A stretch of DNA of 41,169 nucleotides, taken from the IMG/VR virus record IMGVR_UViG_3300031418_000040, one strand, 5' to 3'. The DNA is from a virus. Of the stretch, positions 8,703 to 17,220 are shown in pieces. The notes under the pieces are model-generated. The model was given only the letters and a program-made list of their open reading frames with translations. It was not told the origin of the DNA and searched no databases. Both the position numbers and the translations under genes were made by a program. Numbering within the stretch: position 1 is the stretch's first letter; every line of letters begins with the position of its first letter.

Positions 8703-11207
8703 TTACCTCTTGTAAAGCAGGCCGCCGGGCGACATTTGCATGCGTGCCCAATCATTGATGGTTTTTTTCATCATGCCTTCCAGCTGCTTGGCTGCATCCG
8801 TTGTATTTGCCGTGCTGGTTTCCCCTGCACCGCCACCCTCGATTGTGATCGGAACACTAACTGAAATGCTCGGGCCACTACTGGAACTGCGGTTAATGGC
8901 GGGAGTGGGATTGCTTCCGGTGCGCATTGATCCTACTAGACCACCGCTGGCATAGCCGCGCATCATGTCGTAAAGGTTTTCCACGCCAATTCGCTCAGTG
9001 GCTTCTTTGGTGAAGACAAATTCCCCTTTATGCACAATGCCTGCCGGGTCGAATTTGCCCCCCTGCCCGGTGTAGCCGCCTCCATCGAATACGCCAGCAT
9101 AAGCCTGATAGCCGGTGCTCATGCCTAACGCCCCGGTAGAACCGGCCCCAGCAGCTGCTCCGCCCGCCGCCGCACCTCCTGCTGCACCGCCCACGGAGCT
9201 CGCGAACCCACTGATAAGATTCACAGCGGCCATCTGAAGACCGATTTTCACAATCATCGACAGGACTGAGGTCATCCAGTCCTTCCAGCTGGCTTTGTTG
9301 CCGATCAGCATGTCCGCGACATTATCCAGGGCGCTGCCCAGGCCATTGCTTACTGCGCTGGCTGCTGATGCAGAGTAGTTAGATGATTCATCCAGCCAGT
9401 TGGCCAGGCCATCACTCATACCGCTCATCCAGTCTGACTGCATCACATCAACGCTTTTGTAATAGTCTTCCTGAATACTCAGTCGTTCGCCCATAGCGCT
9501 CTTAAGCGCGCTGGTTTCAGTGTCGTAGAGGGATTGAGTGATTTTCCCTGACTGGTAAGAAAGCTGAAGCTGGCGCTGCTGTTCCAGAAAGCTGCGTTCA
9601 ATGCCCAGCCGTTCCTTCATTCTGTCGCGCTCTTTGTCACCAAGTCCGGCCCCCTGAGCGTCAACGCTGAGGTCTTCGCGGGCGTTCTGATTATCGGCTC
9701 TGAGGTTGGCGGTAAACTCAGCCACTTTCGCCATCTCAATGTTGGCCTGTTTAACTGCGTTCAGGCGGTCAACCTCAGCAGCCAGCCCTGCCAGCCGGGA
9801 TTTCTGTGCTTCGTTAATGCCTGCCAGCCTCCCGTCAGCAATATCGAACTGCAGCTTCTGGGCCTCGGTCACTTCGACCGTCTTTTTACCCGTGGTATCA
9901 ATCAGGGCAATCTGTCGCTGATAGCTCAGCTCAAGAGACTTAAAAGCGTTATCAAGTTTTTTTGCAGCAGCGTCAGGCTTGGTAGTGGTTTTTCCGTTTG
10001 TGCCTCCTGCCGGGAGACTGAAGTCCATCAGGCTATCGGCGGTGCCAGTCCCCACAGAATCAGCAATCTTTATCGGCTTCTGCTTGCTTAATTTATCGCG
10101 CTGCTGATAAAGCGTGTCCAACTCAGCGTTCACGGCTTTGATGCTGTCATCCTTGCCTGTGATCCATCCGAACATCGACTGACCTGAGCCATACATATCG
10201 TTTGAACGAGTCGTCTGGTTCTTCTCCAGCCAGTTAATGCGCTCCTGCACCTGGCTCGGGTTGTTCATGTCAATATTGCCGCCCAGCGCAGACATACGGG
10301 CATTTGAGTTCGTGGCAAGTTTACCAGCGCCGGCTGCAGCTTTAACGAGCCACCCTGCAAGCTGAGCAACCTGGCTTACCAGCTCGACGATGCCCTGCAA
10401 TACGGCGGGGTCGGTGAGAACTTTTCGTACTTCATCCAGTGAAGACTGAAGCGGGGAAAGGTCCACCTTTGCCAGTCCGCCAGCAATCTCCATTTTCAGG
10501 CCTTTAACCTGCGCTTCCATATCGAGGAAGATGTCGTTGACCTTCACCAGGTCATCGATAGACGCCGGATCGGGCGCTACACCGTAATCTTTCGCGATAC
10601 GGATAAACTTTTGCAGCTTTTCATTGTTGTTATCGAACAGCGGCAGCAGTTTTGACAGGTCGTTACCGAGGCTTTCAAGGATGGTTACCTTTCCCGCGTT
10701 GGTGCTGATTTTCCCCAGTGCTTCCCCGATCGCCAGCATCTGCTTGTCGGGAGATACCTTCGACAGTTTGTCAGCAGACAGGCCAAGAGCATTCAGCGCG
10801 TCAACGGCCTCGCCTGACTTGTTCAGTACCGCGTCACCGATTTTGTCGCTGAGGTCTTTGAAGATGTCAGCCATGTTATCGCCAGCCACGCCAGCACGAT
10901 CGGCGGCGAACTGCCAGGCCAGCAACTCCTGGGTCGACATCTTCAGTGACTTAGCCCACTGGTCCGTGGATGCAATCTGCTGTGAGGTAGATTTAAGAAG
11001 ATTGAAGCCAGCAACGCCTACGGCGGAAGCGGTAGCAGCAGCAGCTGCACCTATCCCCGCCAGCGCGACAGAGGTCTTCTGTGCATCCTCCTGAACCTGC
11101 TTACCCCATTTCGCTGACGCTCTTTCCGCCTTGTCCATGCCGGAGACAAAACCGCCAACTTTTGCGACCAAATCTAGAGTTAATGTTCCGAGAGATTTAC
11201 TTGCCAT
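8703..11207 (-). CDS. H: Tail tape measure protein
   Basis: 834 aa, Ala/Gly-rich and coiled-coil-like. It lies downstream of G/GT. Confidence 0.9.
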   Translation of the reverse strand: MASKSLGTLTLDLVAKVGGFVSGMDKAERASAKWGKQVQEDAQKTSVALAGIGAAAAATASAVGVAGFNLLKSTSQQIASTDQWAKSLKMSTQELLAWQFAADRAGVAGDNMADIFKDLSDKIGDAVLNKSGEAVDALNALGLSADKLSKVSPDKQMLAIGEALGKISTNAGKVTILESLGNDLSKLLPLFDNNNEKLQKFIRIAKDYGVAPDPASIDDLVKVNDIFLDMEAQVKGLKMEIAGGLAKVDLSPLQSSLDEVRKVLTDPAVLQGIVELVSQVAQLAGWLVKAAAGAGKLATNSNARMSALGGNIDMNNPSQVQERINWLEKNQTTRSNDMYGSGQSMFGWITGKDDSIKAVNAELDTLYQQRDKLSKQKPIKIADSVGTGTADSLMDFSLPAGGTNGKTTTKPDAAAKKLDNAFKSLELSYQRQIALIDTTGKKTVEVTEAQKLQFDIADGRLAGINEAQKSRLAGLAAEVDRLNAVKQANIEMAKVAEFTANLRADNQNAREDLSVDAQGAGLGDKERDRMKERLGIERSFLEQQRQLQLSYQSGKITQSLYDTETSALKSAMGERLSIQEDYYKSVDVMQSDWMSGMSDGLANWLDESSNYSASAASAVSNGLGSALDNVADMLIGNKASWKDWMTSVLSMIVKIGLQMAAVNLISGFASSVGGAAGGAAAGGAAAGAGSTGALGMSTGYQAYAGVFDGGGYTGQGGKFDPAGIVHKGEFVFTKEATERIGVENLYDMMRGYASGGLVGSMRTGSNPTPAINRSSSSGPSISVSVPITIEGGGAGETSTANTTDAAKQLEGMMKKTINDWARMQMSPGGLLYKR

Positions 11208-11222
11208 TATGAACTCCAGACG

Positions 11223-11242
11223 AAAAAAAACCGCCGAAGCGG
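11223..11242 (-). terminator. Intrinsic terminator after the membrane moron (minus strand)
   Basis: CCGCttcgGCGG followed by TTTTTTTT. Confidence 0.6.
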
Positions 11243-11253
11243 TTAGTTATGAT

Positions 11254-11724
11254 TTAGTAATTCTCCTTGAGTCTTCTGGCTAACTCATCTCTGAATTTTT
11301 TTCCTAATACTTCAGGTTGCCGGGAGCAAATTTTATCAGTGATTGGCCTGCTAAATAGCAAAATGTCACTAATTGAACTGCTCCCATACTTTTTCAAAAG
11401 CTTAAGAGAAAGCTCATCGACTTTTAAGTGATTTATATCGCAAATTCCATCATCATTGATAAAGTATTCGGATTCATCAATGCTATCGATATTGGTATGA
11501 TCAATATTTTCACGTGATTTCCTCTTTCCTGAAACACGTGATAACAAAATACCACCAATGAACAAAACGGCCGCTATTAATAGCAAGTTCTGTTGCCTAG
11601 ACATCAGATGAATGTTAACGACTCTAGTATCATCATCAAATGGCACTGTCACGTCGAAAAAAAGAAAGGCATAGACGCCAAGGGCAGCTCCTACAAGGGT
11701 AATAACCCATCCATAGTTTTTCAT
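11254..11724 (-). CDS. AT-rich moron encoding a two-TM membrane protein of unknown function
   Basis: I prefer the ATG at 11724 (GGAGAG 5 nt upstream) over the TTG at 11748. Two hydrophobic helices (WVITLVGAALGVYAFLFF and LLLIAAVLFIGGILL) are followed by a charged soluble tail. GC is clearly lower than in the flanking tail genes. Confidence 0.7.
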   Translation of the reverse strand: MKNYGWVITLVGAALGVYAFLFFDVTVPFDDDTRVVNIHLMSRQQNLLLIAAVLFIGGILLSRVSGKRKSRENIDHTNIDSIDESEYFINDDGICDINHLKVDELSLKLLKKYGSSSISDILLFSRPITDKICSRQPEVLGKKFRDELARRLKENY

Positions 11725-11774
11725 AAAACTCTCCGATTGTTGTGTCAATCGAAAGTATCATACCTATGTGATGA

Positions 11775-12421
11775 TTATGTCCAGTCAGACATTGCTTGCG
11801 ACAGTGAGATTGGTGTTTTTTCAATGTGTGGGGCAAAGTCTGTGATTTTGTAAGGTGGGTCATTCTGCCCCCGGTTAACGTTGGCCAGCGTGCTGGCCAC
11901 CAACGCCGCCCCCCACTCAGTACGCATCATCGGGTTCAGATTGCCGTAGGCGGCTCGGTACTTAACCCAGAGCTGGTACTCCCGGAAGCTGAGGTTTTCC
12001 CTGGCTTCGGCAATGGTTCTTCCGCCAATTCCGTTGAGGACAAGCTCACACCAGAATTCGTCTTCGGCGCTGAGTTGGTGGTCTTTCCCAGATCGTTCAC
12101 CTCCTGAATTGCCACCAGGAGTGCGATAGTCAGGGCACCATCAAGCGCGCCGCGATCGGGGTCAGCTTCGCCAGTAATGTCCTGGGGCGTGAAGACCGGG
12201 TGGCCATCTTCATCACAGATGCTGGCTGCAATACGCCCGGCAATGCCGTCAACCTTGCCCACATGAGCCAGTACGTCAGATGTGGCGCTGTGGTAGCCCA
12301 GCGGTCGGATAAATACCGTGGCTGTAAATTCTTCTTCACGCTGCTTCCAGGTGATTTGTTTTTCCACCGGACGGCCTGTGAATGCGCCGGATTTTTTCAG
12401 TGAATCGAGGGTCAGTTTCAT
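11775..12421 (-). CDS. GT: Tail assembly chaperone GT fusion produced by a -1 programmed frameshift
   Basis: My manual -1 frame translation after G GGA AAG gives ..DHQLSAEDEFWCELVLNGIGGRTIAEARENLSFREYQLWVKYRAAYGNLNPMMRTEWGAALVASTLANVNRG..DWT*, which resembles lambda gpT. The stop is at 11775..11777. Confidence 0.8.
11936..12421 (-). CDS. G: Tail assembly chaperone G
   Basis: Lies between the major tail and tape measure genes and contains the slippery heptamer. The sequence after the slip site is low complexity. Confidence 0.8.
   Translation of the reverse strand: MKLTLDSLKKSGAFTGRPVEKQITWKQREEEFTATVFIRPLGYHSATSDVLAHVGKVDGIAGRIAASICDEDGHPVFTPQDITGEADPDRGALDGALTIALLVAIQEVNDLGKTTNSAPKTNSGVSLSSTELAEEPLPKPGKTSASGSTSSGLSTEPPTAI
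12083..12089 (-). other. Slippery heptamer GGGAAAG (-1 frameshift site)
   Basis: The plus strand ctttccc is GGGAAAG on the coding strand in register CTG GGA AAG. This is the heptamer I recall for lambda G/GT. Confidence 0.8.
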
Positions 12422-12473
12422 GTTCTTTCCTGCGAGATAAGATTAGGCGTGACATGTCACGCCCGATTGTTGT

Positions 12474-12971
12474 TTAGCTGCCTGCGCCAGCCTTCGGAAT
12501 CCACACGCCAGCACCTGAGCGCTGAATAGTGGCGGTCGTCTGCACAACCGTATTGGCCTGGAAGTCAAACGGGAAGTCAGCAACATAGCCTTTGAAGACA
12601 TACCAGGTGCGCGTATCCGGCAGAATAAGGCCATCAACTGCGCCAGATGCGCCAGCAGCGCCAACGGTTGGCTCGTCCTCGCCATCCGCCCAGCCAATAG
12701 CAAAGGTTAAATCATCCTGATCGGAAGACTCCGCCAGGTTGCTTAACATCAGGTGGCTGGCATTGGCCGGGTCAGCGTTGAGTGTTGCTGATGCCTGTGC
12801 CGGAGTGCGAAGGCCTTTTTTGTAAGTGCGCGTGCTTCGCTCACTCAGGCAGGTGTCCTCAATCTGATCGGCGGGGTTTCCACCCGGTGAGAACGCGGTA
12901 ATGCATTCGACCTCTCTGACCACGCCCGCGGCGAGAACATAGAGCTGAGTACCTTGTGTCACGACTGACAT
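12474..12971 (-). CDS. Major tail protein
   Basis: 165 aa, immediately upstream of G/GT. The strong terminator-flanked, highly expressed gene context fits a major tail protein. Confidence 0.75.
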   Translation of the reverse strand: MSVVTQGTQLYVLAAGVVREVECITAFSPGGNPADQIEDTCLSERSTRTYKKGLRTPAQASATLNADPANASHLMLSNLAESSDQDDLTFAIGWADGEDEPTVGAAGASGAVDGLILPDTRTWYVFKGYVADFPFDFQANTVVQTTATIQRSGAGVWIPKAGAGS

Positions 12972-12989
12972 AGATTTTCTCCAGATAAT

Positions 12990-13010
12990 AAAAAACCCGC
13001 CGTGGCGGGT
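12990..13010 (-). terminator. Intrinsic terminator hairpin upstream of the major tail gene (minus strand)
   Basis: ACCCGCCacgGCGGGT followed by TTTTT(T). Confidence 0.6.
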
Positions 13011-13029
13011 CTGTTGTTAAGGGTTTTTG

Positions 13030-13395
13030 TTATCGCAACACTATCCAGTCGACATCGAACGAATAGCGGTACCGTTTGGTTTCACTGTCCTGCTCCTGCT
13101 CACCCCATCGGGTGATATAGGCGCGTGGTTCAATAGCATCACGCAGCGCGCGCGCTACGGCTATCACTTCACTGTCGGTGTTGGCATAGATATCAACCTG
13201 CAGCGTATAACTGTCCGCGTCCGGGCGCGTACCAAGGTAATTTTCAGGCCCGCCGGTGATGTTTTGCCACACAGCGTAGGGATAGGTGGGTGTTTCGGGA
13301 TTCTTCCCAAACGGGTAAAGTCTCACCGTAGTGTCGCCCAGCAGCGCCCGGACATCAGCACTGGCTGCGCAGGTAGTGAAAATTGGTGCAATCAT
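13030..13395 (-). CDS. Tail completion / tail terminator-like protein (DUF3168-like)
   Basis: 121 aa, located between the head-tail joining genes and the major tail gene. Overlaps its upstream neighbour by 4 nt. Confidence 0.6.
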   Translation of the reverse strand: MIAPIFTTCAASADVRALLGDTTVRLYPFGKNPETPTYPYAVWQNITGGPENYLGTRPDADSYTLQVDIYANTDSEVIAVARALRDAIEPRAYITRWGEQEQDSETKRYRYSFDVDWIVLR

Positions 13396-13886
13396 CCGCC
13401 CCCCGCTTTCTTTTTTGCTCTGGCGATCGCCCGATCAAGCGCCCGGTCATACTCGCTGACGAACGTTGCCACCACTTCGTTAATGCTGGAATCACCAGCC
13501 GGTCGCATAATCGGCTGGGCTCTCATGTTCTCGGTTCCGAACTCGATTAGCCTCCAGTGCGGAGTGGGTGAATTTTTGCTGAGCGAGGGGTGATTTTTAA
13601 GTTTCGCACCGTACATCACACCGACACGGAATCCGAGGTCACCAGTGCGCTTAAATCGCCTGCCGTCCCAGCGCTGAGCGATGTTATCAGCGATGCTGCG
13701 CCCGGTGCCGGGGTCGTCGATTCTCGCTGCGTTCGCTTTCGCTCTGGCGACAATGACATTTCCCGCCTTACGCAGCGCGGCACGTCCGCCCTTGTTCCGC
13801 ATATCATCGCTCAGGGTATCCAGCCGACCCAGCAGCGTATCGATGCCAGTCAGCTTAAAGCTCACACCATCAGCCATCATTAACAC
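13392..13886 (-). CDS. Head-tail joining protein (HK97 gp10-like)
   Basis: 164 aa, with position and size typical of this family. Called from synteny. Confidence 0.6.
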   Translation of the reverse strand: MLMMADGVSFKLTGIDTLLGRLDTLSDDMRNKGGRAALRKAGNVIVARAKANAARIDDPGTGRSIADNIAQRWDGRRFKRTGDLGFRVGVMYGAKLKNHPSLSKNSPTPHWRLIEFGTENMRAQPIMRPAGDSSINEVVATFVSEYDRALDRAIARAKKKAGGG

Positions 13887-14202
13887 CCTCTGAACACGGT
13901 AAAGTCAGGTATTCCCGACCGCTCACAGCATCAGGCAAAACACCTTCAATGTTATAAATCCTGCCTCGGAAAACGATTCGGTTTGCGTTCGTCAGCCCGG
14001 CACGGTAGCGGATAGTGATGCGGGTAGTTATTTCACCCTGCGTTGCCTGCGCCGCGATAAACTCCCGGGCAGACAATGGCACCACGTCAGCCCACACCGT
14101 AGCCAGGTCGCGCCACTCAGGATTGACTGCGCCTGTTAACTGATCCTGCACGTTAACTTTGTGCTGTAGCGTGATCCGGTTCCGTAGTTTTCCTGCCTGC
14201 AT
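13870..14202 (-). CDS. Head closure / head-tail adaptor protein
   Basis: 110 aa. The start MQAGKLRNRITLQ is characteristic of phage head-closure (SPP1 gp16-like) proteins. Confidence 0.65.
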   Translation of the reverse strand: MQAGKLRNRITLQHKVNVQDQLTGAVNPEWRDLATVWADVVPLSAREFIAAQATQGEITTRITIRYRAGLTNANRIVFRGRIYNIEGVLPDAVSGREYLTLPCSEGVNDG

Positions 14203-14204
14203 CG

Positions 14205-14417
14205 CTACCCCCCGACCTTACCGCTCAGATACGTTGGTGCCGGAGAATCGGGCGAAGTGGCTTCAATTTCATCGGCAAAGGTCTGATACAGAACAGCGGC
14301 CAGAGACTCATTCGACTCTGCCAGGCGACTTAGTGCTGCTGTCTGGTCGATCTGCGCTTGCGTCTGCTTCTGCATCGCTTCCAGCAGTGCTTTTACCTGT
14401 TGCTCGTTCATGTGCAA
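14205..14417 (-). CDS. Hypothetical head-module protein (70 aa)
   Basis: Compact ORF in the operon with helical composition. Confidence 0.5.
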   Translation of the reverse strand: MHMNEQQVKALLEAMQKQTQAQIDQTAALSRLAESNESLAAVLYQTFADEIEATSPDSPAPTYLSGKVGG

Positions 14418-14473
14418 TCCTCATCAAATTTTTGAGCCACTCTCGGCGGCGCTTACAGCCTGAGCATGCCACG

Positions 14474-14800
14474 TCAGACTCCATAAATTTTGTGTGGCTG
14501 TAGAAGTGCTTCTACAGCAAGGGGCACTGAAGAAGGCGTCTGGCCTATGACTACCGCTTCACGGTTTGAGTACCAATGACCGATAAGCAGCAGCATCGCG
14601 GCTCGGATGTCATCGTCTAGCAGCAGACGATTCTCATCCGTGTCATAGCCAGGATCGGTATTGAGTTGGTAGAGCGTTCTGCGGGTCCATGTCTGCACGT
14701 AACGGCTCGCCGCGCCGGAATAAATCCCCAGCAGGTTATCGTCGTCAGTAAAGTCAGGCTCAATCCGACAATGAGCCTTAATAATGCTCATTTCGATCAT
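14474..14800 (-). CDS. Head-tail connector protein (gp6-like)
   Basis: 108 aa, with position and size typical of this family. Called from synteny. Confidence 0.6.
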   Translation of the reverse strand: MIEMSIIKAHCRIEPDFTDDDNLLGIYSGAASRYVQTWTRRTLYQLNTDPGYDTDENRLLLDDDIRAAMLLLIGHWYSNREAVVIGQTPSSVPLAVEALLQPHKIYGV

Positions 14801-14808
14801 AGAACCCC

Positions 14809-15081
14809 TTATTTAGTTTTGGTTTTGGTTTTTGGCTGCTCTGGCTGCTCTGGCTGCTCTGGCTGCTCTGGCTGCTCTGGCTGCTCTGGCTGCTCTGGCT
14901 GCTCTGGCTGCTCTGGCTGCTCTGGCTGCTCTGGCTGCTCTGCAGGATTATCCTGAGCCACCAGCTGCGCATATAGCTTTTTAATCAGCTCGCGGCCATG
15001 CTGTTCGGCAGTCTCGAACGTTGCACCGGCGGGTTTCACTTCACCATCGTGATAGATGGGCTTGAGTAATTTCAGTTTCAT
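14809..15081 (-). CDS. Small head-module protein with a (EQP)12 (KT)3 repeat tail
   Basis: 90 aa. A globular N-terminal 45 aa is followed by 12 perfect EQP repeats encoded by the 9-bp tandem repeat. Confidence 0.65.
   Translation of the reverse strand: MKLKLLKPIYHDGEVKPAGATFETAEQHGRELIKKLYAQLVAQDNPAEQPEQPEQPEQPEQPEQPEQPEQPEQPEQPEQPEQPKTKTKTK
14834..14941. repeat. Perfect tandem repeat, 12 x 9 bp (GGCTGCTCT)
   Basis: 108 nt with no visible deviation from the unit. In frame within CDS 14809..15081. Confidence 0.95.
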
Positions 15082-15095
15082 CTTTAGCTCCAGCT

Positions 15096-15116
15096 AAAAA
15101 GCGGCCCGCAGGCCGC
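15096..15116 (-). terminator. Intrinsic terminator after the major capsid gene (minus strand)
   Basis: GCGGCCtgcGGGCCGC followed by TTTTT. Confidence 0.65.
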
Positions 15117-15130
15117 CTGGTAAGAGGGAT

Positions 15131-16351
15131 TTATGCGCCGCCGCCAGCAGCAGGCGCAGTGAAGGTGCCGTAGACGAAGGCTTCAGGGCGCTTAACTGCC
15201 AGCGCCAGACGCTCTTCACAACGAATTGAGATCATGTTCTTCTCGAAGTCGTCGGCGTTCTCAGTAGAAATCACTACGTTGGCATCTTCACGATCAAAGA
15301 TTTGCGCACCGGCATTGAAAGCCCCGGTAAGGAATTTGCCCTGGAATGCGGCAGCTTCAGTTGCCACCACCGGTAGCCCCCACAGGGTCGGGCCGGTCAG
15401 TGCTGCAGGGTTCGCCAGGATATAGCGGCCCAGCGTATCTTTAATAAGTTCGATCTTCGCCCAGTCAATAAAGTGCAGAACATGGCCTGATGCTGGGAAG
15501 CGGGCAAGCTGTGCCTGAAGCATGGCAAGGCGCAGATCATCAATCCCGTTCTGCTGCTCTACTTCAAACGCTGCTGCATACTCCGATGCCTGCGGGATGA
15601 TGCCTTCCAAATGAGCGCCAGTACCGTCTCCGAACAGAATCTCCTGCTCTTCGACATATTTCAGGCCATAGCGCAGCTCAGCGTCGATAGTTGACTGAAG
15701 CTGCGGCATATCATCCAGAATCTGCTTTGCTGCCTTAAACAGGTGCGCGATGGTGCGAACCGGGGTGATCTTCTCTGCAAACTGAATATCGCTGTAAGGC
15801 TTAGTGGTGTTCTCAGCGACAGCCTTCGCATTGTTTGTGAAGCCGGTCTGCTGTACCCAGTAAATGGTGTTCGATGCAGTGCGGCCCGGTGCGATCAGGT
15901 CACGAATGAACAGGCGCTGTTTTGGTTGCGCATCAATACCTGGAAGGCGATCGGGAGCCACAATCTGGCCGGGGACGTTCACCGTCAGCAGCGCAGCGCT
16001 AACTGGAATACTGAGACGCTTATTACCCTCTACGCCAGCCGAGAAGGTCTTCAGCGCTTCAGATGAAATAACCTGCTGGCCGACGGACTCAACCAGCTTA
16101 GTCGCGCTGCTAAGAGGCATCTGGGCAACGTGCTGCTCCAGCTCGCCCAGCGCTGCCTTTAGCGTTTTTTCCGCTTCGCGCATGGCGTTAAACTCAGAGG
16201 CCATTTTATCGACCGCTGCCTTAGTTTCTTCTGAGAGAGAACCGGATTTTTTGGCTTCTTTCAGTGCCTCCTCTGCCTTGGCGCTAAATTTTCCGTTGGC
16301 CTCTTCGATACTGGCAGTTACTTTTTTCAGGATTTCATTTACTTCAGACAT
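15131..16351 (-). CDS. Major capsid protein (HK97 family) with an N-terminal delta/scaffold-like coiled coil
   Basis: 406 aa. It follows the prohead protease, and the first ~100 aa are helical (KAEEALKEAKK...). Confidence 0.9.
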   Translation of the reverse strand: MSEVNEILKKVTASIEEANGKFSAKAEEALKEAKKSGSLSEETKAAVDKMASEFNAMREAEKTLKAALGELEQHVAQMPLSSATKLVESVGQQVISSEALKTFSAGVEGNKRLSIPVSAALLTVNVPGQIVAPDRLPGIDAQPKQRLFIRDLIAPGRTASNTIYWVQQTGFTNNAKAVAENTTKPYSDIQFAEKITPVRTIAHLFKAAKQILDDMPQLQSTIDAELRYGLKYVEEQEILFGDGTGAHLEGIIPQASEYAAAFEVEQQNGIDDLRLAMLQAQLARFPASGHVLHFIDWAKIELIKDTLGRYILANPAALTGPTLWGLPVVATEAAAFQGKFLTGAFNAGAQIFDREDANVVISTENADDFEKNMISIRCEERLALAVKRPEAFVYGTFTAPAAGGGA

Positions 16352-16360
16352 GGGTGTTCC

Positions 16361-17209
16361 TTATTTGCCGAACGCGGCCAGCGCGTTTTTGAGGGATTGT
16401 AAGTTTTCAGGGTTTATTTCTTCGGTAGCGCCCGGCTTACCTTCAGGGTCGGCAGCAGCGCCTGGCTTACTGCCTGATAAAGCTTTCAATAATTTCCGCC
16501 GTTCTGATCGCGGAGTGTCTGTTTTGGCGAGCAATGCATCGAGCTTTCTCAGCGCTGCTGATGGACTGTCATCGTCATCAGCGATTTCATCAGCTGAAAG
16601 CAGGCGGTCAGCAAATCCTTTTTCAACGGCATCGCTGCCGCCGATATAGGTTTCCGCGTTCATCATTGCGTCGATGGTCGTCGTATCCAGACCGGTTCGG
16701 GCGCCGTAAATGTCGTTCATGGCCTTGTCGAAAGGCTCCAAGTCCGCCGCAATCTGTCCCAGGTCATGCCGATTGCCCATCGCATAAACCCAGCAGTTAT
16801 GGATCATCAGGAAAGCGCCGCGCCCGATTTGAACTTCATCACCGGCCATTGCAATGATTGACGCCGCCGACGCGGCGAGGCCCAGTACCTTGACCGTCAC
16901 CTTGCCGTCGTATTCGCGCAACAGGTTGTAAATCGCCAGCCCTTCGAACATGTCGCCACCTGGCGAATTGACGTTGACCGTGACGTCTGCGCCGCCTAGC
17001 CCCCGAAGCGCTCCGGCGATACGGCTGGCGGTGACACCCTCTCCCCAGTAATCGGCACCGATCACATCAAAGATGGAAATGCTGTTATCGTCCGGTTTGG
17101 CCGCTTTGATGCTGCCGTTCCAGCGCTCCATTGCGGAAGACGGCAAATCGCGTTTTTCACGCGAAAAGGGCCGCCCCTCCGGCGCTGCCGGAAGACTTTT
17201 TATTGTCAT
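16361..17209 (-). CDS. Prohead maturation protease (ClpP/S49-like)
   Basis: Motifs NSPGGDMFEGLAIYNLL and LAASAASIIAMAG. Lies between the portal and capsid genes. Confidence 0.85.
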   Translation of the reverse strand: MTIKSLPAAPEGRPFSREKRDLPSSAMERWNGSIKAAKPDDNSISIFDVIGADYWGEGVTASRIAGALRGLGGADVTVNVNSPGGDMFEGLAIYNLLREYDGKVTVKVLGLAASAASIIAMAGDEVQIGRGAFLMIHNCWVYAMGNRHDLGQIAADLEPFDKAMNDIYGARTGLDTTTIDAMMNAETYIGGSDAVEKGFADRLLSADEIADDDDSPSAALRKLDALLAKTDTPRSERRKLLKALSGSKPGAAADPEGKPGATEEINPENLQSLKNALAAFGK

Positions 17210-17220
17210 GGGAGATGCTC

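Noticed and set aside
14834-14941. Possible CRISPR array
   Set aside because: The 9-bp units are directly abutting with no spacers. This is a coding microsatellite, not CRISPR.
14666-14956. Plus-strand ORF encoding (GCS)n across the 9-bp tandem repeat, and the minus-strand (SQS)n ORF at 14778..14972
   Set aside because: These are alternative frames of the same repeat. The EQP frame is the one contiguous with a sensible N-terminal domain, an SD and operon spacing.
15864-16649. Long antisense ORFs inside structural genes (for example 15864..16649, 18735..19496, 19527..20147, 5021..5557, 10624..11094, 13027..13593, 32557..33129, 30981..31385)
   Set aside because: They lie opposite well-supported genes. 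Their composition is Ser/Arg/Ala-rich, typical of shadow frames, and they lack SD sequences.
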